The notes: a model not told the origin generated them from the letters alone. 64,000 nt of DNA from an uncultured Verrucomicrobiae bacterium (GCA_963762565.1 CAVXLD010000005.1:256001-320000); one strand, 5' to 3'; positions 19,301-28,624 are shown, counted from the first letter of the stretch. Numbers and translations are program-made.

Positions 19301-22068
19301 CTAAGATTGACCGCCCGACAGGCCGTCATAGCGAGAAGATTCGCCTGCGTCGCATGCAAAGCAGCAGGCAAGACCCTGGTCAGCACATCCAGAGTCGCGA
19401 GGGATACTGGGTCGCTCATCAAGGGTAGATCAACAAGCTCCTCGATCGTACGGCTCCCAACGCTTATCCAGATCCGCTCGTATTCGCGTCGCGCTTCCTC
19501 TTCTGTCAGATGAGGCGACCAGTCGACGCCGAGATGCCGGAGGTAGTCGAGACAGGCGCCAACCGCGCGATCGGTCTGGTCAAGAGTCGTGTACAAATCG
19601 ATACGTAAGCACTCGACATTCGCTCGCTCCATAGCATTTGCCGCGTGGGATGAAAGCATCGTCAAGCGCTCTTCTGCAGCGGCCAGTTCACCAGTCAGGA
19701 ACTCGCATTCGGCTCGGTACAATTCCAAGGCGAAGGTGAGCTCACGGCGGCGCGCCCAAGAGTCGCTCGCTAACAGCGCTGTGCCGACGATGAGATATTT
19801 GAGCGCCGAGGCGTAAGCCGTAGAGGCCCTGGCGCGCTTGCCTGCCAAAAGGTTGAACTCGGCCAGCTGCTCACGTTCGTCTCGTGAGCTAATCAACAGG
19901 ACCCCGCGGTTGAGTTGATTAACGATCTCGAACACGGCCTCTTCAAGCCTCTCTGGGGGAGTGCGCGCCGTCAGCAGCCGCCCCATTCGCAGATGGGCCT
20001 CGGCGCGTAATTCTTGCGGGATCAGTGAATAGGCAGCTTCCTGGATGCGGTCGTGGACAAACTTATAGGAGCCATTCAGACGCACAACGAACTCCAGACG
20101 CAGAGCCTCCCACAAATCCGACTGAACTTCCTCTTCCGATGTCCCGTGAACGATGGAAAGCGTGGTGAGCTCGGCAATGTTTCCAAGACAGGCAAACTCC
20201 TTCAGTGTCTTCTGGGTTTCGACCGGCAGGCGGTTCAACTTCCCAACCATGAGGTCGACGACATTGTCGGTGTAGCCTTTCGCGTGAATCTGCATGAGGT
20301 CCCAAGACCATCGCCCCGAGCCATGGTCAAAGGTGAGCAGCCCCTCTTCGGCCAGCGCAGAAGTAAACTGGATCGCGAAAAACGGGTTGCCGCCCGTCTT
20401 TTCGTGCACTAGCAGCGCCAGCGGCGCTACGCGCTCCGGTGGGCAGTGGAGCGAATCGGCCATCAAGCCTTCGAGGTCTTCCTTGGTGAGCGGCGCCAGC
20501 GTGATCTTCTGTACGAGCGCGCCCGCTCCGTGGGTCGTTTCCAGCTTGCGCAGCAGCGGATGGGTGGCGTCGACCTCGTTGTCTCGGTATGCGCCGATCA
20601 ACAGCAAGTACTGCACATCCGGCTGGATCAGCAGATCCTCGATCAGATCGAGGGTGGCTGCATCGAGCCATTGCAGATCGTCGAGGAACAGCGCCAACGG
20701 ATGTTGCCGCCTTGCGAATACGCCAATGAAGCGCCGGAGCAATAGCTGGAAGCGGCGTTGTGCTTCCTGTGGTGGAAGTTCTGGGAGTGGAGGCTGCTCG
20801 CCGAGAATGAGCGCCAGTTCGGGGACCAGGTCCACCATGAGCCGTCCGTTCGGGCCCATCGCCTCCCTAAGGGCGTCGCGCCAATGGCTCAGCTCGGCGT
20901 CGCTCTTACTCAGAAGGGGACGGATTAGGCCCTGAAAGGCCTGAGCTAAAGTGGCATAGGGAATGTCACGCTTATACTGGTCGAACTTGCCCGACGCAAA
21001 GAGGCCGCGGGGCAGAACCAACACTTTTTGGAGCTCATTGACGACAGATGACTTGCCGATGCCAGAGTATCCCGAGACAAGCACCAACTCCGGCACGCCG
21101 CCGGCCACGATGCGGTCGAAGGCAGCAAGCAAGGTATCGATCTCGCGCCTTCGTCCGTACAATTTCTCGGGGATCAATAGCCGGTCGGGAGTGTCGTGCT
21201 CGCCCAGCGCGAATTCCTGAATTTGGTGGGGCGAGGCTCCTGCCGAGCCGTGCTCCCAATCTACGAGGCAACGTCGAAGATCACTCTCGACACCGGTCGC
21301 CGTCTGGTACCGTTCTTCCGCAGTCTTGGCCAGCAGTTTCATGATGATTGCAGAGACCGGGGCCGGGATCGCCTCAAACCGCTCGCTCGGCGGCACCGGC
21401 TTTCTCGCGATGTGGCAATGTACCCACTCCATCGGATCGGAAGCCATGAAGGGAAGACTTCCGGTCACCATTTCATAAAGCGTGACGCCGAGGGCATAAA
21501 GATCGCTCCGGCAGTCGACGCTGCGATTCATACGTCCAGTCTGCTCCGGCGCCATGTAAGCGAGCGTCCCCGCGAGAAACTCCGGAGGTTCGGCCGGCTG
21601 GCGCTCGCGTGGAAGCCTCGAAGCGATGCCAAACCCCCTTAGCCAACACTGGCCGGTTACGGGGTTCACGAGAACATTGGCCGGTTTGATGTCCTTGTGA
21701 ATAATGCCGCGCTCGTGCAAGTGGTCGATCGCGGCTGAAAGGCTCACAGCCATTCGCAAGAAAAGCACCAGGTCTAATGGACGCCCGAGCAATTCATCTA
21801 GAGGCACACCGCCTGGATCCTCCAACTCGAGGACCGTGCGGTCCGAGTGGCGCGCCACTGCGATCGGTCGGGCCGACCATGCGGGATCCAGCACTTCTTT
21901 AAGAGAGCATTCGTGCTCCAGCCGCTTCAGACTTTCAGGCGTGGGATGCTCCGCGACAGGCGAAAGTACAAGGATCCGAGACGCATCGCCCTGATTCCGC
22001 CCGCGATAAAGGATAAACTCTTCGTCCTTTCGCAGCGCCTCGAGGGAATATCTTGATAGCTCAATCAC
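16357..22068 (-). CDS. Trifunctional Ser/Thr kinase-AAA ATPase-GAF-PAS-histidine kinase
   Basis: HKDIKPAN, GYSGIGKS Walker A, LDDLQW Walker B, GAF and PAS segments, AHEISQPL H-box and GMGLAI. GTG at 22068 is the likely start; the ORF track start is 22257. Confidence 0.93.
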   Translation of the reverse strand: MIELSRYSLEALRKDEEFILYRGRNQGDASRILVLSPVAEHPTPESLKRLEHECSLKEVLDPAWSARPIAVARHSDRTVLELEDPGGVPLDELLGRPLDLVLFLRMAVSLSAAIDHLHERGIIHKDIKPANVLVNPVTGQCWLRGFGIASRLPRERQPAEPPEFLAGTLAYMAPEQTGRMNRSVDCRSDLYALGVTLYEMVTGSLPFMASDPMEWVHCHIARKPVPPSERFEAIPAPVSAIIMKLLAKTAEERYQTATGVESDLRRCLVDWEHGSAGASPHQIQEFALGEHDTPDRLLIPEKLYGRRREIDTLLAAFDRIVAGGVPELVLVSGYSGIGKSSVVNELQKVLVLPRGLFASGKFDQYKRDIPYATLAQAFQGLIRPLLSKSDAELSHWRDALREAMGPNGRLMVDLVPELALILGEQPPLPELPPQEAQRRFQLLLRRFIGVFARRQHPLALFLDDLQWLDAATLDLIEDLLIQPDVQYLLLIGAYRDNEVDATHPLLRKLETTHGAGALVQKITLAPLTKEDLEGLMADSLHCPPERVAPLALLVHEKTGGNPFFAIQFTSALAEEGLLTFDHGSGRWSWDLMQIHAKGYTDNVVDLMVGKLNRLPVETQKTLKEFACLGNIAELTTLSIVHGTSEEEVQSDLWEALRLEFVVRLNGSYKFVHDRIQEAAYSLIPQELRAEAHLRMGRLLTARTPPERLEEAVFEIVNQLNRGVLLISSRDEREQLAEFNLLAGKRARASTAYASALKYLIVGTALLASDSWARRRELTFALELYRAECEFLTGELAAAEERLTMLSSHAANAMERANVECLRIDLYTTLDQTDRAVGACLDYLRHLGVDWSPHLTEEEARREYERIWISVGSRTIEELVDLPLMSDPVSLATLDVLTRVLPAALHATQANLLAMTACRAVNLSLERGHGDGSCVAYVFFGKIAGPHFGDYKAGFRFGQLGYELVEKRGLERFQARTYHWFAQFVVPWTKHVSACRDLIRRAFEAANKVGDLTFAAYSGDNLNTNLLAAGDPLVEAQRQAEHALEFAQKARFGRVSDVITAQLGLIRTLRGLTSRFGSFDEGEFEECQFERHLASHPALALPECWYWIRKLQARFFAGDYASAVDASLKGQRLLWTSLSFFESAEYHFYSALARAALSDSETADSKGDLSSIALAKEEHLKVLAEHQQQLETWAENCPENFANRAALVSAEIARLEGRVLDAEQLYEQAIRSARDNGFVHNEAIANELAARFYVARGFERIANAYFHDARYGYLRWGADGKVQQLDELYPHLREEEPVPAPTSTIGASVEHLDLATVIKVSQTVSSEIVLEKLIDTLMRTAIEHAGAERGLLVLPDGEQYRIEAEIGPGACQVDVRLRQTPVSSSELPESLLRYVIRSQEKVILDDASTHTLFSEDEYLRQRHPKSVLCLPLLKQSKLISVLYLENNLAPRVFTPKRVAMLELLASQAAISLDHARLYSELSRANARLEREISERLRAEAAVRRSEAYLTEAEALSKSGSWALNPATKEVTHWSQERYRLFGFDPNAGIPPFEAILQRIHPEDRRKWLENTEDVIRAGRDSDLEFRVVLPDGEIKHLYGVGHPVFSESGDLVEIMGLGIDITERKRAEKELRQKEVSLREAQSNLAHVSRLTTMGELTASIAHEISQPLAAVVTNADASLRWLSGDSPDLVEAREAIRRITRDGKRAGEVISRMRSLFKKASTAKERLDINGVIEEAVILAQSEVKRNRVTLQTQFTSDLPLIMGDRIQLEQVILNLMLNAFEAMSAAGDGPRELLVSSQKINETRGEDRFGDKALAGAEWTHVLIAVRDSGPGLDPNNLDRLFDAFYTTKPQGLGMGLAISRSIVEAHGGRLSATADSSRGAVFQFTLPIRDESKPAKTDPPT

Positions 22069-22294
22069 ACGGGGGCCAGATGGCACAATGTACACAATTC
22101 TTCTTATGTTCAGCCAGCAAAACACAGTTTGTTGCTCCACCCGGCAAAAGAGCGGGCACGAGTTTGGGAACGGACGAGATTTCGCCCGCAAGACGAATCG
22201 CGAGGACGCCCGACAAAGGTTATGGCCGCGGAACGTCTTGTTCAGCTGCGCCAACACCTGATCAGGCTGCTTTCTGGCTTTGATTGATCAGGTT

Positions 22295-22960
22295 CCACGC
22301 CTTAATAAACAACTCATGTTACTTGCTAACGGGTTGTTGCCTGATTATCTCACAAGGTGCTTCGTTCTCGTCCTCGTCGTCGTCCTTCCGCCTTCGCCAA
22401 CGTCCCGGTTGTGGAGCGCGCCTCGCTTGCGAGGCCGACTTCCAGCGGTTGGCAACATAGACCATGGGCTTCGTCGGACAGGCTGTCCTCGAATCCGGCC
22501 ACGCGGAGTGATGGAGTGTTGGAGTACTGCGCCAAGTCCGAAAAGCACCCGCGTAGCGGGTTGGAGATGCAGCACCAAAGAAAAGGGGTCGCATCTAAAT
22601 CTTCAACACAGTCGAAAATGATGTATTTAAGGTTTAGACGTGACCCCTGTCGGGCGCCTTCTCTTTAAAGGCGCGAAGCGTTTACCCCGGAGCATTTCGG
22701 GTCTGATAGATTATAGCCTAGGCCGGCAGTTGCCCATAGGCGTCAACATAACGAAATTGTATGACCGGCACCTGACGAGGGGAGGGCGCGCCTCCCCCGC
22801 GCGCCGGGAACGGGTCTATAATTGTGGACATAGCCTAACGCTGGATCGGGTCTGTCCGTGGGCTTCGAGAACAATCCGGCGGCTGCCGGACGGGGACGCG
22901 ATCCCTCCCGGTTCCGGCTCCCTTGGAGCGCTGCCTTGCTTGCGAGGCCGAGTCGGTCGG
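22295..22960. repeat. Cluster of nested small repeats (IS1182-like end, hexamer/octamer runs, GGGGTC palindrome 22584-22648, REP doublet about 22780-22909)
   Basis: Each unit recurs elsewhere in the window (27150, 28493, 34254, 50953, 60323). Confidence 0.8.
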
Positions 22961-23116
22961 AGCCGTGTTAGCGGCAGTAGCAGGCAAAGCGCTTGCGGCA
23001 CCAAACACGATCGAGAAGAGTGCAGCGAGCGTTACAGTTTTGCTTCGACGCCATTGGGCGTTTTCGGTTGAATCGACCGGAGCTGTCCGATCCTCCATCT
23101 TGAGTAAGCTATCCAT
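22960..23116 (-). pseudogene. 5' fragment (signal peptide) of a secreted protein gene cut by repeats
   Basis: RRSKTVTLAALFSIVFGAASALPATAA followed directly by repeat-derived sequence. Confidence 0.45.
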
Positions 23117-23284
23117 AGGGTTTTTTCCGATGCCCGGGCGTCTCAGCTGGAGGGAGAAATTTGCGTGCAAATCTCGTTGTTAGCCTGAGTAGCCGGGCAA
23201 AACCGTCTCGTGTATCATTGATTCGAATAGCGGGACAAGGTTTTTTCTTCTCAATCACCGAATAGCCCCAGAAAAGCGAAAGCC

Positions 23285-24418
23285 ATGAGCGGAGCGTCTG
23301 TCAGTATCAGGAACTTAGTGAAGACCTATCTAGACGCTCGCGGGAAGCCAACGTTCACCGCGGTCAAGGATATCAGCTTAGATATCGATGCCGGCGAATT
23401 CATGGTTCTGGTGGGGCCGTCCGGCTGTGGAAAATCGACGACACTACGGATGATCGCCGGACTCGAGCGTGTAACGAGCGGAACGATTTTGATTGATGGA
23501 AAAGTCGTCAACCACTTGGAGCCCAAGGATCGAGAAATCGCAATGGTTTTCCAGAGCTATGCACTCTACCCCCATTTCACTGTCTTCAAGAACATGGCGT
23601 ACGCGCTCACCCTGGTGAAGAGGACAAAAGAGTTTATTTCGGACATCGTCACACGGACCGCAAAAGCGCTCCAATTGAACCATGTGGTGGAGCGCAAGCC
23701 ACAATCGCTTTCCGGTGGTCAACGCCAACGAGTCGCGCTCGGCCGTGCCATTGTACGTGACCCCAAAGTATTTCTTTTTGATGAACCGTTATCGAACCTG
23801 GACACAAAATTGCGCGTCCAGACGCGGTCCGAGATCACGCAGTTACATGGAGAACTCGGCGCGACCGTGATCTACGTTACCCATGACCAGGTTGAAGCCA
23901 TGACCATGGGTGATCGCATCTGCGTCATGCGGGACGGTACAATTATGCAGGTAGCAGATCCGTTGACGCTTTATCTCTACCCGGACAATCTTTTCGTGGC
24001 TGGTTTCATCGGTAGTCCGCCAATGAATCTGTTGAAAGGCAAGGTTCAGCGGCGCGATGGTCGTCTTCATTTTGTCGAAAATGGAGAAAGGGATATTCTG
24101 GTGATTCCCTTTCACGGCTCCCTCCATAACTTGGCGAGCCGCTACATCGACAAAGAAATTATCTTTGGCATCCGGCCTGAAAACATCACGAATGAGCCAA
24201 AACCAGGGGCAGGGACACCGACCCCGATGACAGTTGCGATCGCTGAGCCAATGGGCGGGGAATCGTTGGTCTATTTCAAATCAGGGACCGGGAACTTACT
24301 GGCCCGGATCCGGGGCGAACATCTTTTTCAGTTGAATGAAGAAGTCGCCATCCAAATCAACGTGGACAAGGTGACCCTATTCGACCCTGATACAGAAAAG
24401 GCCATTCGCTATGAATAA
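23285..24418 (+). CDS. Sugar ABC transporter ATP-binding protein (MalK/UgpC family)
   Basis: GPSGCGKS, LSGGQRQR, FDEPLSNLD and VAGFIGSP. Confidence 0.95.
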   Translation: MSGASVSIRNLVKTYLDARGKPTFTAVKDISLDIDAGEFMVLVGPSGCGKSTTLRMIAGLERVTSGTILIDGKVVNHLEPKDREIAMVFQSYALYPHFTVFKNMAYALTLVKRTKEFISDIVTRTAKALQLNHVVERKPQSLSGGQRQRVALGRAIVRDPKVFLFDEPLSNLDTKLRVQTRSEITQLHGELGATVIYVTHDQVEAMTMGDRICVMRDGTIMQVADPLTLYLYPDNLFVAGFIGSPPMNLLKGKVQRRDGRLHFVENGERDILVIPFHGSLHNLASRYIDKEIIFGIRPENITNEPKPGAGTPTPMTVAIAEPMGGESLVYFKSGTGNLLARIRGEHLFQLNEEVAIQINVDKVTLFDPDTEKAIRYE

Positions 24419-24509
24419 TATTGTGACCTAACTCCTTCAGCTCAGTCTGGGCCTTAAAAGGGTTCGCGTCTAAATGATCTGTTGATCTATCGTGATCCAT
24501 CACCGAAAC

Positions 24510-24750
24510 GGAGGGGAGCAGCATTCCGCGTTCTGTTGCCGCTGGCATCGTTCCATACACGGGCGCTCCGTGTTCCAACCGCGTGTTAGCTGCGGCTCCC
24601 TTGATCGTGTGACCAGACCACCAAACGTGCAACCTCAAGCGGCGTGGTACAATTCTCGGGGCGTCGCAGTTGTGGTACAGGACAAACGTTGCGCTCACTC
24701 TTAGGTCGCAGATGCGCTCGGCATGGCAACCCTGAATGCAACGCCCCTCC
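24510..24750. repeat. Long palindromic element family B, copy 1
   Basis: Inverted homolog at 60386-60624; ends GGAGGGG...CCCCTCC. Confidence 0.85.
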
Positions 24751-24769
24751 GTTCTCGGATCATTCCGCA

Positions 24770-25777
24770 CTACTCGTGGTAGGCAGATGCATTCTGGAAA
24801 GGATTGTAGAAGCCGCAGCTATTCCGGTCCGGGGCGTACGCAAATCCGTAGAGATCTTTTTTGATATCAACCGGTTCGAGGATGAGCCCCCTGTCCCGAA
24901 CCGCCTTGGTGTATTCGATCAGAACTCGGGCGGTCCCATTGATGCCCCACATCTTGAATCCCGTATCCAGAAATCCACCGGCAGGGAACACTTGTTCCAG
25001 CCCTTCCATTGCATGGAAACAATTGATGGCCACTAGATCCTTGCGGGTAAGGCGGTCATCGGCTTTATATTTGATAGTTCCTCCGTCGAGCAACAGCTTC
25101 CGTTTCACACCAAGATCAAACGCCTCTTTTTTGATCTCGTAGGGTCCCCACATGCCGACGGCGCCTTTCTCATTCAGCGCGATCGTCAGCGTCTCATCCA
25201 GCCTGAAATTTCTCCCGACGACGATAGGACATGTGTTCCAGGTCGGAAAGATGCGGCTGCCGAAGCCGCCGAAAACGCACACCGGTTTAATACCAAAATC
25301 GTGAGGCGCCCAGCTGATGGTAAATGCTTCAAATTCTCGGTTCTTGAATTGCCCTCGCCTGAGTCCCGGTATGAGCTTGGGCTGTTTTTCATCACCGAGC
25401 ACGCGTATCACGGATATGAACGAGTGCGAAAACTGCGCATGATTCCACCTTTTTTGGAATGCGAACGGAACAATAAAATAGCGGTCCTGGGTATTTACGC
25501 CCTTTCCCAATCGAGCTGCAACCTTGTCCTTGATGCGGTTGACGATCTGCTGGAATAACGGTGTATCATAGTTCGAGAAGTTGACATCCGGCTTTAGCCA
25601 TCCTGCGTGAACCGGAACGCACGGGCTCAAGAGGAAAGCGCAGGTTGCGATCCAACTAACAAGAGGTGTGATTCGCCGGCTGATTTTGCGTTGCGTTCCG
25701 CAGCCGATAGGAGGGAGCAGGCACGAGCCTCGGTTGTTCACGGTTTTATCGTAACAGCGCAAAGCCGTGCCGAACAA
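24770..25777 (-). CDS. Secreted hypothetical protein, possible permuted papain-like fold (start uncertain)
   Basis: Signal-like segment ending PVHA; motif order SHSF...TISW...NCFHA. Confidence 0.6.
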   Translation of the reverse strand: MFGTALRCYDKTVNNRGSCLLPPIGCGTQRKISRRITPLVSWIATCAFLLSPCVPVHAGWLKPDVNFSNYDTPLFQQIVNRIKDKVAARLGKGVNTQDRYFIVPFAFQKRWNHAQFSHSFISVIRVLGDEKQPKLIPGLRRGQFKNREFEAFTISWAPHDFGIKPVCVFGGFGSRIFPTWNTCPIVVGRNFRLDETLTIALNEKGAVGMWGPYEIKKEAFDLGVKRKLLLDGGTIKYKADDRLTRKDLVAINCFHAMEGLEQVFPAGGFLDTGFKMWGINGTARVLIEYTKAVRDRGLILEPVDIKKDLYGFAYAPDRNSCGFYNPFQNASAYHE

Positions 25778-25907
25778 CTTACAAACACGACCGGTGAGTC
25801 GTTCCTTCAGGCGCCGTGAAGTGTCTTACGGAGCATGCTCATTCTGGTTCCGCCACTATTGCGGAATGATCATGCTATATGTCAATCACTCGATTCCCCC
25901 TACCGAC

Positions 25908-25957
25908 CCAAACGCCAAACGCCAAACGCCAAACGCCGAACGCCAAACGCCAAACGC
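25908..25957. repeat. Heptamer tandem repeat (AAACGCC)n
   Basis: About 7 units; the same unit occurs at 52636-52683. Confidence 0.9.
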
Positions 25958-27024
25958 TATCCGCCGAGACGCTTTGAAAAAAAAGCAGCAATGAATTTGC
26001 TTGCCTCTTTCGACTCGGGTAGATCTGGATTGTGCCAGAAAGCGTGAGGCAACGCTTCAAAAACGATTAGCTGTGCGTCAACGCCTGCTCGAAGAAAGGC
26101 TCGGTGCAGAATGCTGGTCGCGCTGAGTACAACGTCGCGAGTACTGGTTATGAATAAACTCGGCGGAAATCCTCTGAGGTTAGAGTACAGCGGTGATAAG
26201 ACCGGATCTTTTGGATCGGCGGAGCCAATATAATCGGTGTCTAGATCATTCAGCCCCGCTGGGTCGATCGGCTCGGATAGACCTTTCAGATCAAAGAGGG
26301 CCTCAGAATCTCCCGCCATGCTAGCGTCGCCGCCGGCAGCAAAAATGCCGAGCGCACCGGGCAATGGCAATTTTAGCTTTCGCAGCTGAGCCGCTACTTC
26401 TGCGGTCAATGCCGCACCGGCCGAAGTGCCGTAGATGCCGACCTTTCCGGGTTGGTAAGTCTTTATCAGCTCTTTATAAACCGCGACGGCATCGTCGATC
26501 GCTGCTGGGAATTTATTGTCCGGTAACAGCCGATAGAGAACAGAGACAACCTTGATACCTGACAGGTTGGCGATCGGGACCGATTCGGACAACGAGCCGG
26601 CATCGAATCGGAAACCGCCGCCATGCAGATTGATTAAAACCTTAGAAGCATTCTCCGGAGCGATGGTAAATGGAGTTACTGCGCGTACGGGAACACCCGC
26701 AATTGTGTCGGTCTTGGTGTTGGCCGGGTAAAGGTTCAGTGCCTCAGTGCCCATTGCAGTCGCCCATTTCTCCATCGCTTCCCGACGCTGTTGGAAAGTC
26801 GCCTGAGAACCGGAAGCAACTTTGCTGTTTTTCAACTCCTCCTGCGCCGCCAGGCTGATGGTCTTTGGAACCGGAACCACACGCGTTACTGTAACCGTTC
26901 CATCGGCGGCGATGGCAACGGTAGGAGTCGCAGCCGGTTGAGCATTCTGGGAGTAGATGGGCGAGGCCGACAGCAGCAAGGCAACGAGGAGCGGAAGACG
27001 GCGGAGATGCGGGTGCATGCTCAC
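25957..27024 (-). CDS. HSL-family esterase (alpha/beta hydrolase), secreted
   Basis: HGGG, GTSAG, SPL and LPHAF motifs; signal peptide. Confidence 0.9.
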   Translation of the reverse strand: MSMHPHLRRLPLLVALLLSASPIYSQNAQPAATPTVAIAADGTVTVTRVVPVPKTISLAAQEELKNSKVASGSQATFQQRREAMEKWATAMGTEALNLYPANTKTDTIAGVPVRAVTPFTIAPENASKVLINLHGGGFRFDAGSLSESVPIANLSGIKVVSVLYRLLPDNKFPAAIDDAVAVYKELIKTYQPGKVGIYGTSAGAALTAEVAAQLRKLKLPLPGALGIFAAGGDASMAGDSEALFDLKGLSEPIDPAGLNDLDTDYIGSADPKDPVLSPLYSNLRGFPPSLFITSTRDVVLSATSILHRAFLRAGVDAQLIVFEALPHAFWHNPDLPESKEASKFIAAFFSKRLGG

Positions 27025-27149
27025 ACTAGAAACACAAATTTGACCTCTACAAATGTAATCTCAGGGGCTGACTTTCACACTCTATTTACTAAGCGTTTAC
27101 GATTCAGTCAGGTCCATTCGTAACGAGGAATAAGAGTGTTGTTGACCAG

Positions 27150-27548
27150 GGGGCTGTTGCCCAATTATCTCAGAAGGCGCGAAGCGTTTATCCCGGAGCA
27201 TTTCGGGGCGAACGAGCGAAAAGGGCGACAAGCATCCGGAGGGGAGCCGCTTTGGTGCGTGTCTAAAAATCACGGCAAATTTGCTCTGTCATGAGCGCGG
27301 CTGAGAAGTGTGCTAAACAGGCGGCTCCCGCGAATAGCCCAGCGCTGTGCAATTTTACCGCTCGCGCAGAACACGAATCAATGACGCGGTGGGTGGAACA
27401 TCGCGCTGGCTAATTCCCGGGAGCCGCCTGCTTTTACGCTTTCAGGTCAGGCTCGAAAAACAACGAACACCACGAGGTCGTAAGGCGAGCACCAAAGCGG
27501 CTCCCCTCCGGGCGCTCCGCGCCTCCATAAACAATTAGGCGCAGCCCG
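27150..27548. mobile_element. MITE-like element with IS1182-type ends carrying family A palindrome (27238-27509)
   Basis: Left end ggggctgttgcccaat is identical to the IS end at 38000. The right end aattaggcgcagcccg is degenerate. Confidence 0.7.
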
Positions 27549-27618
27549 TTAACAAGTAACCCGAGTTGTTTATTAAGGCGTGATCCTGGTAGATGCCGGT
27601 AAATTTATCTACCGACCG

Positions 27619-28345
27619 CTACAGGCCACAGTGACCCCAGTAGCGGTGGATCTTCAGAGCACCAATTAAACGCCTGCACTCTTCTAATGCTTCGGCGGTC
27701 GCATGATAATGGTTGGCGAGCTCAAACACCCGCATGGATGATGCCGTCGTCTCCGGGCCGTTTAGGGATTCGCTCTCTGGAATACTTTCGGTGGGATCTT
27801 CTATTTCGCTCAATGCACCATTGAGGCTGGGGATATCTCGCCGGCAATCACCTCGACGAAAGCATTCGGCAAAAGCGTCCAGCATCTGCTGAAACTCTGC
27901 CTCCAGCCACTCGAAGCGCGGTCTTAGAACTGCTTGCCCGCTTTCCGGCAAGGTCTGTCTGCCAGAAACTAGCATTGTTGAGCGGGTCACCAAGGTTTGC
28001 AGTGCTCTAACGAACGCACCAAGCCTGGCCTTCTCCTGTGGTGTACACCCGGCAATGCGAATCTGACGGCTTGCCCTAAGAGCCTCTGCCGGCAGAATGG
28101 CCAGTTGGTTGTGAATTTTTTCTTGATACCGCCCTCTGTTTAGCAACGCTTTAATTTCCTCAAATACTGCCAGCAAGTTATCTCGCATTACCATTTGAGG
28201 CAGGACCGGCCAGAACAGTCTTCCCACAACGGTTGCTATCGCAATACCGGTCATGAACCCGACGAAAGTATCAATCATCGTTCCCGTCGGTACCGGCTGT
28301 TGTGGGTTAAGTCCGACAAAGGAGTAGATGCAAGGAGACCCATTG
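27619..28345 (-). pseudogene. C-terminal remnant of an FUSC-family membrane protein
   Basis: FVGLNPQQPV...IDTFVGFMTGIAIATVVGRLFWPVLPQ; the 5' portion is absent. Confidence 0.6.
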
Positions 28346-28492
28346 CCGGAAACATCAGGATTGCGCGCAGATAGAGTGTTTTGCTGACTAATTTTAAATC
28401 CCTCATGCCCTTAGTTACGGGCAAAACGGAGGTAAACCATAATAGGATGTTATGATTACATATCACGATTTATGATAGCCCGAGGGGCCGCC

Positions 28493-28624
28493 GGGAGGGC
28501 GCGCGTCCTCGCGCGCCGCGAGAACGTGCCACGACCCAAAGGCGTGATTTTCGTTTGCGGTCATAACCCATCCTCGGCTTCGGTAACAATCCGGCGGCTG
28601 CCGGACGAGGACGCGGTCCCTCCC
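28493..28624. repeat. Inverted REP doublet (REPIN-like)
   Basis: gggagggcgcgcgtcctcgcgcgccg ... cggcggctgccggacgaggacgcggtccctccc; homolog at about 22780-22909. Confidence 0.8.

Noticed and set aside
22068..22257. N-terminal extension of the kinase, and likewise of TetR (53270-53527)
   Set aside because: Not protein-like or repeat-derived; downstream starts fit the families better.
25908..25957. Short tandem repeats (also 3430, 47391, 52636, 57248) as a CRISPR array
   Set aside because: The units are 6-9 nt with no spacers, and there are no cas genes.
27238..27509. Four-core elements as a mini-CRISPR
   Set aside because: The cores alternate in orientation, and loops within the family are homologous rather than unique spacers.
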